From Amoebophrya sp. A120 (taxonomy: Eukaryota > Protista > Dinoflagellata), in contig CAJINV010000003.1 of NCBI GenBank assembly GCA_905178155.1, forward strand, positions 692,517 through 756,516: DNA of 64,000 bases. Reading direction: 5' to 3'. Of the stretch, positions 49,648-61,700 are shown piece after piece. The translations under genes and the position numbers were made by a program. Numbering within the stretch: position 1 is the first letter of the stretch; each line of letters opens with the position of its first letter. The notes below the pieces were generated by a model. The model had not been told where the DNA came from. It saw nothing but the letters and a program-made list of their open reading frames with translations, and did no database searches.

Positions 49648-52102
49648 ATGGCCACTAGTTCTGCTGCACCGACTTGCTCCGGAGGGCACGAGGGTGGACA
49701 GAAAACGAACACCCAAAAATCCCAAACATGGTATAAATACCAGTAAGTCCACCTCTAGGTTGTGTCTCATTTACTTTTGGTGCACGTAGTTTGGATTTGA
49801 TTACGAACAAGCTGAAAGTAGTTTAGTAAAAGTTCGCGCAAAACCAAAACCATTTTTGATCGTCATCTTTCGTGTTTGATCGCTCAGCATAGCCAAGAAC
49901 ATCGATATGCGGATGGAAAAAACTCCAGGTGTGGTATCGATATTGGGAGCGGCGTCACCAAATGGTTGGTTGCCGAAGTGCAACGCGGACGCATTATCAG
50001 AGAACTAGCCTCCGGCGTATGGCGTTCTCAACTGTTACATTCTCAACTGTTACAGCATGAATTTGTGATGCAAGAATTGCAAAAGTGAAAGGGCGGAGGC
50101 TGCACCTCTAGCATTACAAGTTCTGCACAGAATTAGGTGCTGTTTAGCCCTTCGAAAATTTGTCATGCGAAGCAGCTTTCTCGTGTGGAGCTTGATGCTG
50201 GTAGTTCTGCATGACAAATCCATGTAACAGTTGAATATGTACAGAGTTGAGAACGCCATACGGCGAAACCAAGCTTCCGTATGGTCTCGTGTGGAAGCAG
50301 ACTGGTAATCTGACCCCCGATATCTGTGATCGAGGACTACAAGCCATCAGGCATATCGTGCACAAGGAGTTTCTGCAAAAGTTCTACTTCGGAGCTGACA
50401 CAGAATTGCAGGACCAGAGCGGAACAACCGAAGTGGCAGCGGTCAAGAAGTTCTCCCACGATGTCGATGACCCAAAAAATGCACTTCTACAGCAGCTCGC
50501 ACGGCAGAATGTCTTTGCCATTGGTACCGAGGTGTTTCGCAAGGCAACCGAGGGCTCAAAATTTCTCCAGCGGGTGCAGGTGGAGACTGGTGTACAAGTG
50601 GAATTGGTTTCGCAGGATACCGAGGCCGAGCTTGGGTACGCCACTGGCATCGCGACCATGCAGCTCGAAGCGCAGGCGGGACACAACTTTCTCGTCAGAG
50701 GACCAGCAGATGTCGATGCCGTGGATTATGCTGTTGTACCGGAAAAGCAAGGCGGAAGTGGTTTTGTCACTGCGGAAAAGGACGTGTGGCAGCAAGCCTA
50801 TGACCTTGTCAGAGCCACACCCACAGCCACAGGGGGTGCGCCTGCTGCGCCATCTTCGTCATCTGAGGCTGTCCGCGGTACCGATGCCGCGTCTGAACCT
50901 GCTGAACTTCCACAGAGCAACCTTATCATTTACGATTCCGGTGGCGGCTCGTACCAAATTGTGCAGAAAAGAACGCAAAATCCCGACGCGAACAGCAGTT
51001 TCGATGCGACGACGACGTCTCACAACACCGGAGGACTGCGGGCGTACCTGGGAGAATACGGGGTGGCGCATGGAACTCGTGATTTTCTGGAAATGCTAAA
51101 ATCCATGGAGGACAGGAGGGGAACCCCTTTAGCCGAGCCGGCAACGATATGAGACTGCATAACTCCCCCTCCCCCTCATTTGTATGGCAGGAGCAGCAAT
51201 ACACGCAACAACAGACAAGGGGGCTTCGCATGACAAATATGCACACGGAATCTAGTACTGTTTGAGGTTGCGAAGTTTGTCATGCAAACTGTGCTGGGAG
51301 GCAAGACGTGGATTGGGTATTTTGCATTACAAATGAGGGGGAGGGGGACGAGTTGTGCATTCCCATAAACGACACTGCTAAACGCGAACCCGTACCCAGT
51401 GACAAAGGCGGAGCTGGAGAGCTATTTGGATGCTTTGCGAAGCAAAATGTTTCCGGATGAAATATCAAACTTTCCAGGCGGAGCACGAAGCGGCCTGGGC
51501 GAAGCAAATTCGGCTCAGGATGCGTCTTGGCTAGTTAACGCGGAAATCGTTGGAATTGGAGGGCCCGACAGTATTTTCAGGATGGCGAGTGAGATCATTT
51601 ACATTTCCTCAGCTGCGTGGTCTTCGGAGACAGGAACGGATAGCAAGAAAAAACCGCTTCTTGCCGGGTCACTTAGTTTTACCGGTATAGACTACATATT
51701 AGTGTTGCTGGGTGTAGTACTTCATCTCTGTGGAAAAAGGTATTTTCATTGAATGTTCATTTGCATATACTTCCATCATCTAGTAGCTGTAGGTGTAGCA
51801 TGGAAAAAAGGAAGCCGCTCTGAAGCAAATTCTCAAACTGCACAGCTGCGGAATTACGGGCTGCGATCCTCAGCGAAATTCCCGGGAAGAGTTCAGAAGC
51901 GCTTGCTGCTCAGTATCTCCATTGGCCCGGCGCGGAAGGAGCCCTGTATCTGGTTCCGAAAGTTTGTACCGTGCTCACGGTAATCGAAAATCTAAAGATT
52001 GCACGCTGTCACTGGCGACCCGTGCGGGGTTCCTGTTTGGGTCTGCTTCTTTTGAAGAGCCAGAGCATAGCGGGCCAGGACCACGACCAGGATTCTTTTT
52101 GA
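49648..52102 (+). CDS. Ppx/GppA-family (ASKHA) exopolyphosphatase-like protein
   Basis: GIDIGSGVTK, AIGTEVFRKA, VELVSQDTEAELGY, YDSGGGSYQI, IVGIGG, GSCLGLL. Predicted GT-AG introns 49731-49892 and 51685-51845 plus 2 introners; the start may lie further upstream. Confidence 0.8.
50018..50260. mobile_element. Introner family F (243 bp)
   Basis: TIR TATGGCGTTCTCAACT; TSD CGGCG; frame restored (ELASG|ETKLPYG). Confidence 0.92.
51148..51367. mobile_element. Introner family G (220 bp)
   Basis: TIR TATG.GA.TGCA.AACT..CCCCCTCCCCCTCATTTGTA; TSD AACGA; frame restored. Confidence 0.92.
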
Positions 52103-53361
52103 GAAGAAAAAAACGTTCTTAACAGCGACGTTGCTATACAGTCTTAAGCTTGACTTTATTTACGGCATACTAGGTTCAAGAATGCATTTGATCTATTTTT
52201 CTGCTACAAACAGTACGAGTGGGAGGGGTAGAACGAGCACAGCGGGATAATCAAAAAAACATGGCTCCAACGTCGAGGAAGAAAAATCTAGTGAAACTGA
52301 CACTCGGTCCTTCTTGTCGGCACGGAAGAACCAAGAAGATGCAGAACTAGCACATCAACCACACCTACAGCAAATATAAGGAAAAGATACACGACACCTG
52401 CTCGTCCATAATTGCGCCCAGTGGCCCTGTCTCACGCTGGTCGTCAAAGAAGTGACGAACAAAGGCATTTTTTCGAACTGAAAAATTGATGAGGCCAACA
52501 AAAGAAACGTGATGCCGTTTCAGCCACGCTTGCTTCCATGGTGGACTTGGAGTTGTGTTTGTTAGTGTTTCGTAAATGAATTTGCTCTGCGAGGAATCGA
52601 TGGTCGTGTGTCAATAGTTTCATTATTGCGAGTAAACCTTGTCCTTGTTCGCGATGATCCTCGCATCATGGCTTCCGTGCGTCTCGTTGATACGTATTTT
52701 TACTACTTGTCGGTTGTTCCTCTTTTTGTTCTTCCATCTCCCGTTACAATGAACGAAGTATGTTGTTCCACGCCAACGCATTTCTGGTTCTCTATATCCT
52801 ACTAGTGCGTGGCTCAAACACAAACTAAACCGAGCGCTACAAGGATTCGTCGAAGAGATAATAATGTACTACCAAAGGCAAAGGTTTTTCTTTTTTTCAT
52901 CTGCATTGCATCGCGAAGCCGAACACCCACTACTCAGACGCATCCAAAAAGTTGAGCGACCCCTTCAAAGTGCGTCGGTTCGTTCCTTCCACAAAAAAGT
53001 GTGTTACGTGAAGTCATCGATAGCAACAGAGCAGTAGTTTCCAAGCAAACAAACTATCAGTATCAGCATCAAGTGCATTGAGAATTGTGTGAAAACCGCA
53101 AAGGTCGAGTCGCAAAGTTGCCACGTTGTGCTTCAATTGTTATACCATGAGTTATTTCCTTGGATTTTTCATCTGATTCACGGTTTTCCGGACGATGGTG
53201 AAGATGGGTCTGACTACCTACCCGCCCTCTCCCTCCTGACACCAGATAAGATAAAAGGACCGAAAAAAATGCAACCTCTTATAAGGAGTTGATCTGTGGA
53301 TAGATCAAAGAATAAGAGTTTGTTACGAACTCGGACAAACGCCTCAAGAACACGACCAAAA

Positions 53362-56300
53362 ATGGTGGACAGCTCCGAGAAGAAATTCGGGTCCACCAAT
53401 CTGGTGGTGTACCCACCGTCGGGGTACCAAGCCCCGGGGTATCTGCCGTTGGATCCGCCGAGCTTAGCAAAGTGTTGCTCCTTTCGCCCGGGCCCGTGTA
53501 GCGTCCAGCCGGTGCCGTTTGGCATGAACGAGGTGGCTTTCTCCAGCGGCAACCTGTTGGTCTTCCAAAATCTGGAAACCGAGGAGCAGCGATTTTTCCG
53601 CTCCCAGGCCGAAATTCTCTGCGTCGCTTTTTCCCGGGAGGAGCCCGCGACCTCCTCGCGCGGAAGTATTGAATGCTTCGTGTGGAGGTCTTGTTTGGTT
53701 TTCTTATGATCGCTCATCGTCGAATTATCCTGTCTGTTGACGTTGAAATGCAAATGGAAATGGACAAAAGCAAAACTCGCATGATCCAAAAATACCCTAC
53801 CCCAGCAGGTTCCGCTCCGTCCCGCCCTGGCACGGGGAAGCCGAGTCCGAAGCTCGGCGCGTTTGGGGAGAAGGCGGTCGCGGTTCCGGGGACCACCCGC
53901 GTGGAGGGTGACATCGTGCTGTTTTCGCCGCTGATGAGCTCCGGCAATAACCTGATCACGCCCAAGCGCCGGCTGAAGTTCCACAAGGGTGACGTTGTGC
54001 AGCTGAAGTTCCTGCTGTCCTCGAAGCTTTTAATTTCCTTCGCCAACGACAAAGCGATGACCGGCGCCCTGTGGTCTCTGGCGGGCGTGTCCGGCCCTGC
54101 TTCGAGCTCTTTGTCCCCGCTGCGCACCTTTTCGCAGGGCCCCGCGGACCTCTGCCGCCAGATCGTGTTGCTGCCCGACCTGGAGGCCGACAGCGCGATC
54201 CGGTTCTGCACCCACGGCCCGCAACACCTGAAATTCTGGTCGGTGTCCAAGATCAACCCGGGGTCCAGCAGCACGTTCAAGGTGAAACGCGGCTGCTTCT
54301 CGAACTCGTCGGCGGCCGCCGCGGCGAGTAACAAAGGCAGCTTCTCGGTGACCGCCGCGTGCTGGTTCGGGGACCCGCAAAACCCGACCATCGCTGCGGG
54401 TACGGACAAGGGCGAATTGTTTCTGTTCCACGACCCCAGCGGAAGCGGCAGCGCGGTCCGCATCGTGCCCGCGACCACGTCGCGGTTTGGGCGCACCGTC
54501 GTGAACGACGAGTTTTACCGGCCGGACAGCGCCATCGTCTCGCTCGTGTGCCAAACCACCGGGACCTCGTTCGCCGCCCAGCAGCTGGTCGCCCTCTCGG
54601 AGCACGGCGCTCTATTGATTTTCAACGTGGTCGCGGCGAAGGCCACCGGCCCGGCCGCCGCGGTGGGGGGTGCGGTGCCGCTGGGCAGTCGGCCGACCAG
54701 CTCGGCTATGAACACGACGGCTAACGCCTCTGCGGCCCTGATGAGATCGCCGCTGTTCCCCTCCTCCGCCCCTTCCTCCTCGAAGCTGCGCACCGTTCCG
54801 ACGCCGATGCAGCGGGGCGCCAGCGCCGCGTCGGCGGCCTCCACGCGGAAGACGCTCACGGCGCTATCCTGTGCAAAAGTATCGTACGTAGTACTAATTG
54901 GAATTGCAGTTATGCATTACAAATGTCGTTCGCGTTCCCAAGGAAAATCAGCATGACAAATTCCGTTTGTCATGCTGAGCGAATTTGTATTGCAAGTACT
55001 ACTAGTACGATACTTTTGCAGTTCATACGCGACGCTGTTGAGCAACACCGGGGTGGCCTTTGAGGACTGCTTCTACACGTACGCCAGCGCCCTGGCCATC
55101 ACGTCGGTGCAAAGCATGAACCTGTGGTCGATGGGCCTGGACCAGGCCGGACCGGTGGCCCCGTTGACGAGCGCGGTACCTGCGTTGTCCGCCGACACGC
55201 TGTTTGTCACCTCCACGGCGAGTGTGTTCCAGTGCCCCTTCCCCAGGGCACCCTCGCAAGTTCTGTCACTAGAGGTACTACACAAGAAGTACTGATTGAA
55301 GAGCTGGTGGCGGTGGGGTGATTTTTCGTTTTAAGTATTTCGGGCGAAGAAATTGTGAAAAACAAAAACGTCGTGTCGTGTGCTTCATTTGTAAAGTGAT
55401 TTTGTATTCGTATTGGAATTGGATCAAATTGATGACCAACATGAACATTACAGAACGATTCCTACATGGAGCAATACCCGGAGACGAACAAGGACCCGGC
55501 CAGTTTTCAAGCTCTGATTTCGCAGCCCGCAAACAGCACGTTTACCTGTGCGACTGCGTTTGAGGACCTGGTTTTTCTCGGCTCCGCGGACGACGGCGTT
55601 TCGGTATTTCGCCTCTCGGAAACAACCAACAAGCTGGACTTCGAAATGTCGCTGCTGCCGGGAGTGGGCGTATAATCCTCGGGTTTTCTTGCTAGTAGCA
55701 CTATGTACGCGCATGAAATATCACGTCGCAAGATAAGGATAAGATCAAGATCTTGATCTCAAACTACTTTTAATGTGAAGCTACGGCGCGCTTGCGCTAA
55801 ACTAACTTTAGAACAAGCGTGCCGACATATTACATCGATCATCACACTCGCAGATTTCCTCCTTGGTGGCTAGTGCGTGGGGCCTGGCTGTGGCAGCGGG
55901 TGGGCGCTTGGTTCTGTACAAGAACTACCGATACACGGACACACCCTTCTTCGATCGCACGGTGGTATCGCCGAACGGCAGCACCGCAAACAGCAGCGTG
56001 AACAAGCCGTCCCTGAAGGACGGTATCACGTGCAGCACCTTTGGCCACGGGGCAAAGTTCGCGTTCGGGACGAAAGCCGGAGCCGTCTACTACCTGGACC
56101 TGGACGAGAGCCCCGTGCGACCGCGGATTCTGCGTGGCCACTCCAGCGAAATCGTCGGGGTGTCCTTTCTGCAGCCGGGTAACGTTGTCCTGACCGCTTC
56201 CACCAAGCAACTTCTGGCCTTTGACCCGGTGATGATGCGCCGGTTGGCGAGTCTCCGGGAGTGCAAAGAACTGACGGCTGTCGGCTCCTCCGCGTTGCCG

Positions 56301-57954
56301 TACGGGTTCGGCACGCAGGGCGCCTGGGATCCCGTCAAATCCTACGCCCCAAACCGCAAGTTCCTGGCGTTCGACGACCTGTTGGTGGCGACCAACGGCA
56401 AAAGGTTCGACCTGTATCCGCATCCGGCCGTCGACGGGGACAGCGGCGCGCCCGCAATGGCCGTCCATGGAGGCCCGATCATCGACGTTTGCAGCCTCGG
56501 AGCCGGCCAATTCCTGACGGTTAGCAAAGACACCGTGGCGATGTGGCAGGGTATAATTGAGAGTCACGCTCTACGACCAACAAGTTGCGGGCTTACTCGC
56601 AAGAAGTTGAAGTTATTTCATCTACTTACCACGTTGTAGCGACAAATTATGTTCAAGATGAGGTACCTGCATGCACCATGCTACGTCGAAGAGCACCAGA
56701 TTTGATTTTCTTCTTGTTGCTTCTGACGTTCCAATGTTGCAAAACAACAGCGTCTCCGCCCGAGGTGGCTGCGGGCGGCCAAAGTCGTCTAGTCGCCGGT
56801 GAGGATGTGGAAATGCTGCAGCCCTCGGCCTCCTCCTTCGCCAGCACGTCGCAGGTCGCGCAGCGAGCGATCGCCCAAGAGAACGCCCGGGCGGCGGCCG
56901 AGTTGCGGGAGCAGGAGATGCCGGCGTCGCCGAAGGCCAACCTGGAGTACCAGATTGCGGACCTGCAGGAGCAGGTGGGCAACATCGCGGAACGGCTGGA
57001 CTTCGCCGCAAACCTCGTCGGGGAGGTGGATTACAGCCCAAGCGGCGGTGGCATGGCGATGGAGGTGGAGCAACCTGACGACGATGTGCAAATGATGGGC
57101 GGCATCACCGGATTCGGCTTCCAGCCGCAGGGTCGGAGTACAGAGGCGGAAGACCCAAACGCCGAGGGGCGACGGGAACGAAGGCTGCGGTCTGAAAAGG
57201 CGAAAGACACACTTGCGACGAAAGTGGGAGCAGGTACATTATTTTCATCATAGTACTACAGAATAACTTGATGAGCATCTAGTTGTTTATGTTTTTGAAG
57301 AGCAAAATTATTTGCATGATCCACCGCCTTTGATTATCATTATTTTCATGCAACGAGGAGAGACTCGTTCACGGTGATGCGACGAGGAACACGACCAGAA
57401 AAACGAACATCTCAACAGATTCCGGGTTTCAGCCGAAATTGCTGGACGGGAATTCTGCAGCGGGCATGCTCTGCGTGGACAAAGTCTCCACGGACTTTCG
57501 AGTCCGGGGTATCGCAAAACGATCCTTCTACGCAGTCGAAGTAGCGTGCCGGTGCCCGATAACGAGCGGAACGAAGAAAGGATCGCAAACCATTGTATTC
57601 ACAAGCGTCACTGGCGATACCACGGAAGTCGAGGTATGTGCTGTACTAGGGGCAAACTCTTCATAGATGATTTCTTCAAGCTCCAGCTCGCTTGAGGGCA
57701 GACTTCTCGCTTTTGGTTTTGCCGCAATGAATCTGCACAGAATTAATTTCGCTACATTTTCATGATGCTTTTCGATCGCATTTGAACATCAGGTCCCCGC
57801 TGGTTACGATTTGCAAAAGGCAATCGTCCCGGAATTGGAGTTTCCATCTGGGAAGTGCCGGTTTGCCGTCCCACTGATGCCGCGCACAGAGGGTGACTCA
57901 TTTTATGTGTTACCGCTCGGCACGAAACCAAAAGTGGTTGCCGCGGCTAGCTAA
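53362..57954 (+). CDS. WD40-repeat protein, EML (echinoderm microtubule-associated protein-like) type
   Basis: GNLLVFQNLETEEQRFF, FCTHGPQHLKFWSV, LRGHSSEIVGVSF, YGFGTQGAW and DLYPHPA..HGGPI resemble EML TAPE-domain blades; several GT-AG introns plus 1 introner. Confidence 0.7.
54865..55027. mobile_element. Introner family A, reverse orientation (163 bp)
   Basis: Family A TIRs, TAT...ATA; degenerate TSD GGCGC/CGCGA; frame restored. Confidence 0.87.
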
Positions 57955-58750
57955 GTTGACGCTTACAGCAGGAGCCGCAGCTTCTGGGAAAGATGAAAAT
58001 TCGTTCGATGAATCAGGTACAACTACTTTTACATAGCGGCTCACGAACACGACGTGCCAAAGTTTTGCACCGTCGTGGGCATGCAATGTAGTTCTGTAAA
58101 GTATGCTTTGTCGTTTTTCTTTTTTAACTTTGCCTTTGTCAGTTTAATTGCTCCTGCCTGGTCCTCCTTTTTGTTTTTCCTGTTTGGGTTTGATGCCTGA
58201 ATACCTTCAATTTCGCAGTTTGTTCTGTCATGCGTGGTGGTTTGCAGCATTTTTTCCGCACTCCCCGTGCTATACACACTGGCAGTGGTTTGATTTCAAT
58301 TTTGTGGTCATCGTGAGTTGCTTGCAGTACTGTTTTACTTCTAGTAATATCTTGGAAGATAAATAAGTGTATTGCCTTTCATCCTACTCGGTGAACTCTG
58401 GAGCATCCCGCTACTTTCTCTTCGAGAGTGCTCCTCGTGCGGATTCTACAGTATCATTTATCAACCCTACTTATTGCTATTTGTTTTTCATCTTTTTGTG
58501 TTTGTCTTTGCGAGTTAGTGTGTGTGTCCCCGTGGCTTCCTGTCCTCTGCAGAGCTTGCGTCTTTCGGGAGGACGAGAAGCACGAGCTGCAAGCTGTGCT
58601 GCTGGACTGATAATTGAAAATAATAACTTGATTAGTTGGCTCGTCCAACCGAAGTATTTGACTGTTTGGGTTTTGTTGAACTTGATTGGAAATCTGCTAC
58701 TTTATTTGACTACTGATATTTTGAGCGATTTGCTTCCCTCCAAGTGGATG

Positions 58751-61700
58751 GAAGGCATATGCAGAAGCCGCCGATAAGAAAGTAAAAGAACTATTTGTGA
58801 TGCCAGAAAAGATGTGTGATGCGAGCGTCGGCACAGGCATGGACTATTGGACAGAAGGTCTGCGAAAGCCTGAGGACTGGCAGCCAAATAGGCAGATGAG
58901 CACAGCAAAGGCAGATGAATGCCTAACAAAAATTAGGCATGCAATACATGGCGCGGCCCTAGAAACTCTGAAGTACATAGGCAAGAAAAAGGGCAAGAAA
59001 GCAGGCAAGAACGTAGAGAGTAGTGCAGGTACAAACAAACGACCCGCGGGGAACGCTCCCCCTACTGCGCCAGCGCCTGCGGTAAACGAGGATATGGCCG
59101 CCGAAGTGAAGGACCTGGATTGGCAGGGGGTTAAGGAGCGGAAGGGTGCGAGCCGGTGGTCGACGGGGTTTCCGAAAGTCATGGTGCGAGGGGACTTCGA
59201 GTCTCGCCGGAAATATCTTCTTCGCACGACAGGCAACGAGGCCAAGTCCTTGGACGAAGCGAACAAGATCCTGAAGGCCAAGAAGGTGAACGACGTGCCC
59301 ACAGAGGAGGAGGCAACGCGAGCCCCCTCCGAGATCTGTCGAATAATAAAAAACTTTTTCAGAAGTAAACCATTCAAGGTATATGAGGAGTTCGAAACAC
59401 GGCCCGCATCAAAGGACGAGGTAGAACGGGCCTGGACGACAGCAGAGCAGGACTACCTGAAGGAGAAGGCGGAGAAAGATGGTGGCAGCACCTGGCCGCT
59501 GAGCTTCTTGGAAGTAGAGGCGGCTATACGGAAACTGCAACCGGGGCGCACCCCCGGCCACTGTCTCACCACGCATGAGATGGTGCGAAATGCGGGGCCG
59601 CTTCTTCGCTGGGCTCTCTTTCAATGTTTTGAAGCATACGTCTATCATGCAACATATCCGGCTCAAGGACGTTTGATCTCGATGGCTGCAGTGCCAAAGG
59701 TGGCAGGAGGCTGCTACACGGAAATGCTAATGCGTCCCGTTTCACTGTGCAGTGTGTATAGCAAGATCCTAGACAATATTTATGACAGGCGCCAGAGCCT
59801 TTGGCTGGATGGCCACCGTTGGGAGGGCTCGGAGTACAAGGGTCTCGGCCCGAAGGTTCAGCCAGCTTTCAGCAACGCCTACCGGCAAGCACATGGGAAG
59901 GAATTCTCTACGGCGGTGATAGTGGATGGGATTTTTGGGGAGGTAAGTTGTAAGGTGGTTTTGAATGATTGTTGTTCGGGTTTTGATATCGTCTGCCACG
60001 TGGAGACGCTGGGAGCATTGAAGGCCAAAGTTTGCCCAGCGCAACAATGTGCGGCAATTGCTGGCTTCATGAAGTGGAGAAAAATAAAACTGCCGGGGGG
60101 GAAGGAGTATGCCCTGTGGGTCGGCAAACCGCAGGGCTCTCCGCTTTCCGGGTCTGTATGGAACGGATACACGATCGACTTGATCATGGAGGTGCTCGAA
60201 TTGCAAGCAATACGCGTGCTCAGTGCGTACTCGGACGACATCACGGTCGTCGCCAAGAACACGCCAGAAGGTGAGCAGGTGCCCAGCATGATGAAGAAGA
60301 TCGGCCTAACGAAGAAGATATTTTTTGACGAGCTCAAGCACAAGCAGATCGAGTATGACAGTAGCAAGCCGAACCAAAAATCCAGAACGGGAAAGGGGAA
60401 GAGCCTGGGCTGCATCTACGACGGAACATACACCTTCCGCTCGCATGCGGACGAAGTTCAAAAGAAGATTATGCATGAGTTCCACTTTTTGCAGTCAGAA
60501 CGAGGACAAAGCATTAAACAAAAGATAATGCTCATGAACGCGTTTGCATTCCCCGCGATCACGTCGATCTCAGTCGTGCCGTTTCCTTTCTTCACGACTT
60601 CAGCAAAGAAAGAAGTAGCAAAGACTTTTGCATCTCAGATAAAACAGCGTCTGAATATCCCGCGGAACTGCAGCAACTTCCTGATGTACAGCGCCACGGG
60701 CCTCGCGAGCCCAATCGATAACATACTAACGGACGCTCTTATGGTGTTTTACAAAGGCGCCGCTCTGGACTTGTGGCCCTTCTACCTAGACGAGGAGGAC
60801 ATTCCGCCCGCGCGACCTTCGCCAGAGATGTCACGGGACGCGGAAGCGTTTCCCCCCGTCCCCCCCGTGCCGGAATCCTCCCCAGCGGTCGCAGCAGCAG
60901 GCGAGGGGCAGCAGGTCGCTCCCCAGACACAGGAGGAGAGCGAGAACGAGCTAGACGAGCTACCAGACATTTTTGCAACGTGGGACTTGGAGGACCCGAT
61001 CTGCGCAACTACAACACACGAAAACCCGCTCTGGGGGCGGTGCAACGAAGCCTGGTCATGCAGAATGAATAGAATAGCACTGAGTGATGAATATCGCGAC
61101 TTAGCACAAGCAGCAAAAAGTTTACAGGTAGGGCGGCAATACTGGAGGGGTGTGAATAGGATTACGGTGCTGCCGATGCGTCAGGTTGCCGCAGATTTTG
61201 ATGTACCAGATCCAGGCAGGCTGGATGATCGTGAGGAGAAAGATAAGGCAAGACTTGAAATCTCGCAAAAGAACGAACAGGTAACGCGCTCCCTATTGCG
61301 CGAGAAGCAGACGGTGGTGTCGTACACGGACGGGGGAGCAAAGTTCGAACGAGGGAGCGGGGGTGGTGCCTCTTGGCACCGCACCGCACAGCAGGGGCGA
61401 CGCCCTGCGCCGATCGTGGTAAGTTGTTGTTGCATTGAGTCAGAAATAGGTGACCCAGAGGAGACGACAGACCCGGACTCGTTTGACGGGGAGTGCTACG
61501 GCCTGCTGAACCACGTCAAAACGTTACGGGCCCACTCCGATCCACAGTGGCTGAAGACAATAACCAAGCACGTTTTCTTCGTTGACAACAACGGGCTCCT
61601 GCAGGCGATGAAGGCTTTCCGGGACCGGAGTAATGTCATGATAATCAAGCTCGTGCGAGAGCTGGAAGAGCTTGAAAAAGTTTCTGCGCCAGGGTGCGAG

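Noticed and set aside
15637-50265. Bias for G at the last TSD base, creating a GT donor (G|TAT)
   Set aside because: Only 8 of 21 scorable sites, near expectation for GC-rich exons; sample too small.
15642-55027. Recurring peptides (YEYDTFA, QTQTFLHLI, ILSKNVPTP, QKYRTR) suggesting a repeated protein domain
   Set aside because: They are translations of introner TIRs in varying frames and strands, not protein repeats.
11722-57091. Many 100-370 aa minus-strand ORFs
   Set aside because: They are antisense shadows of GC-rich + strand exons, with no motifs.
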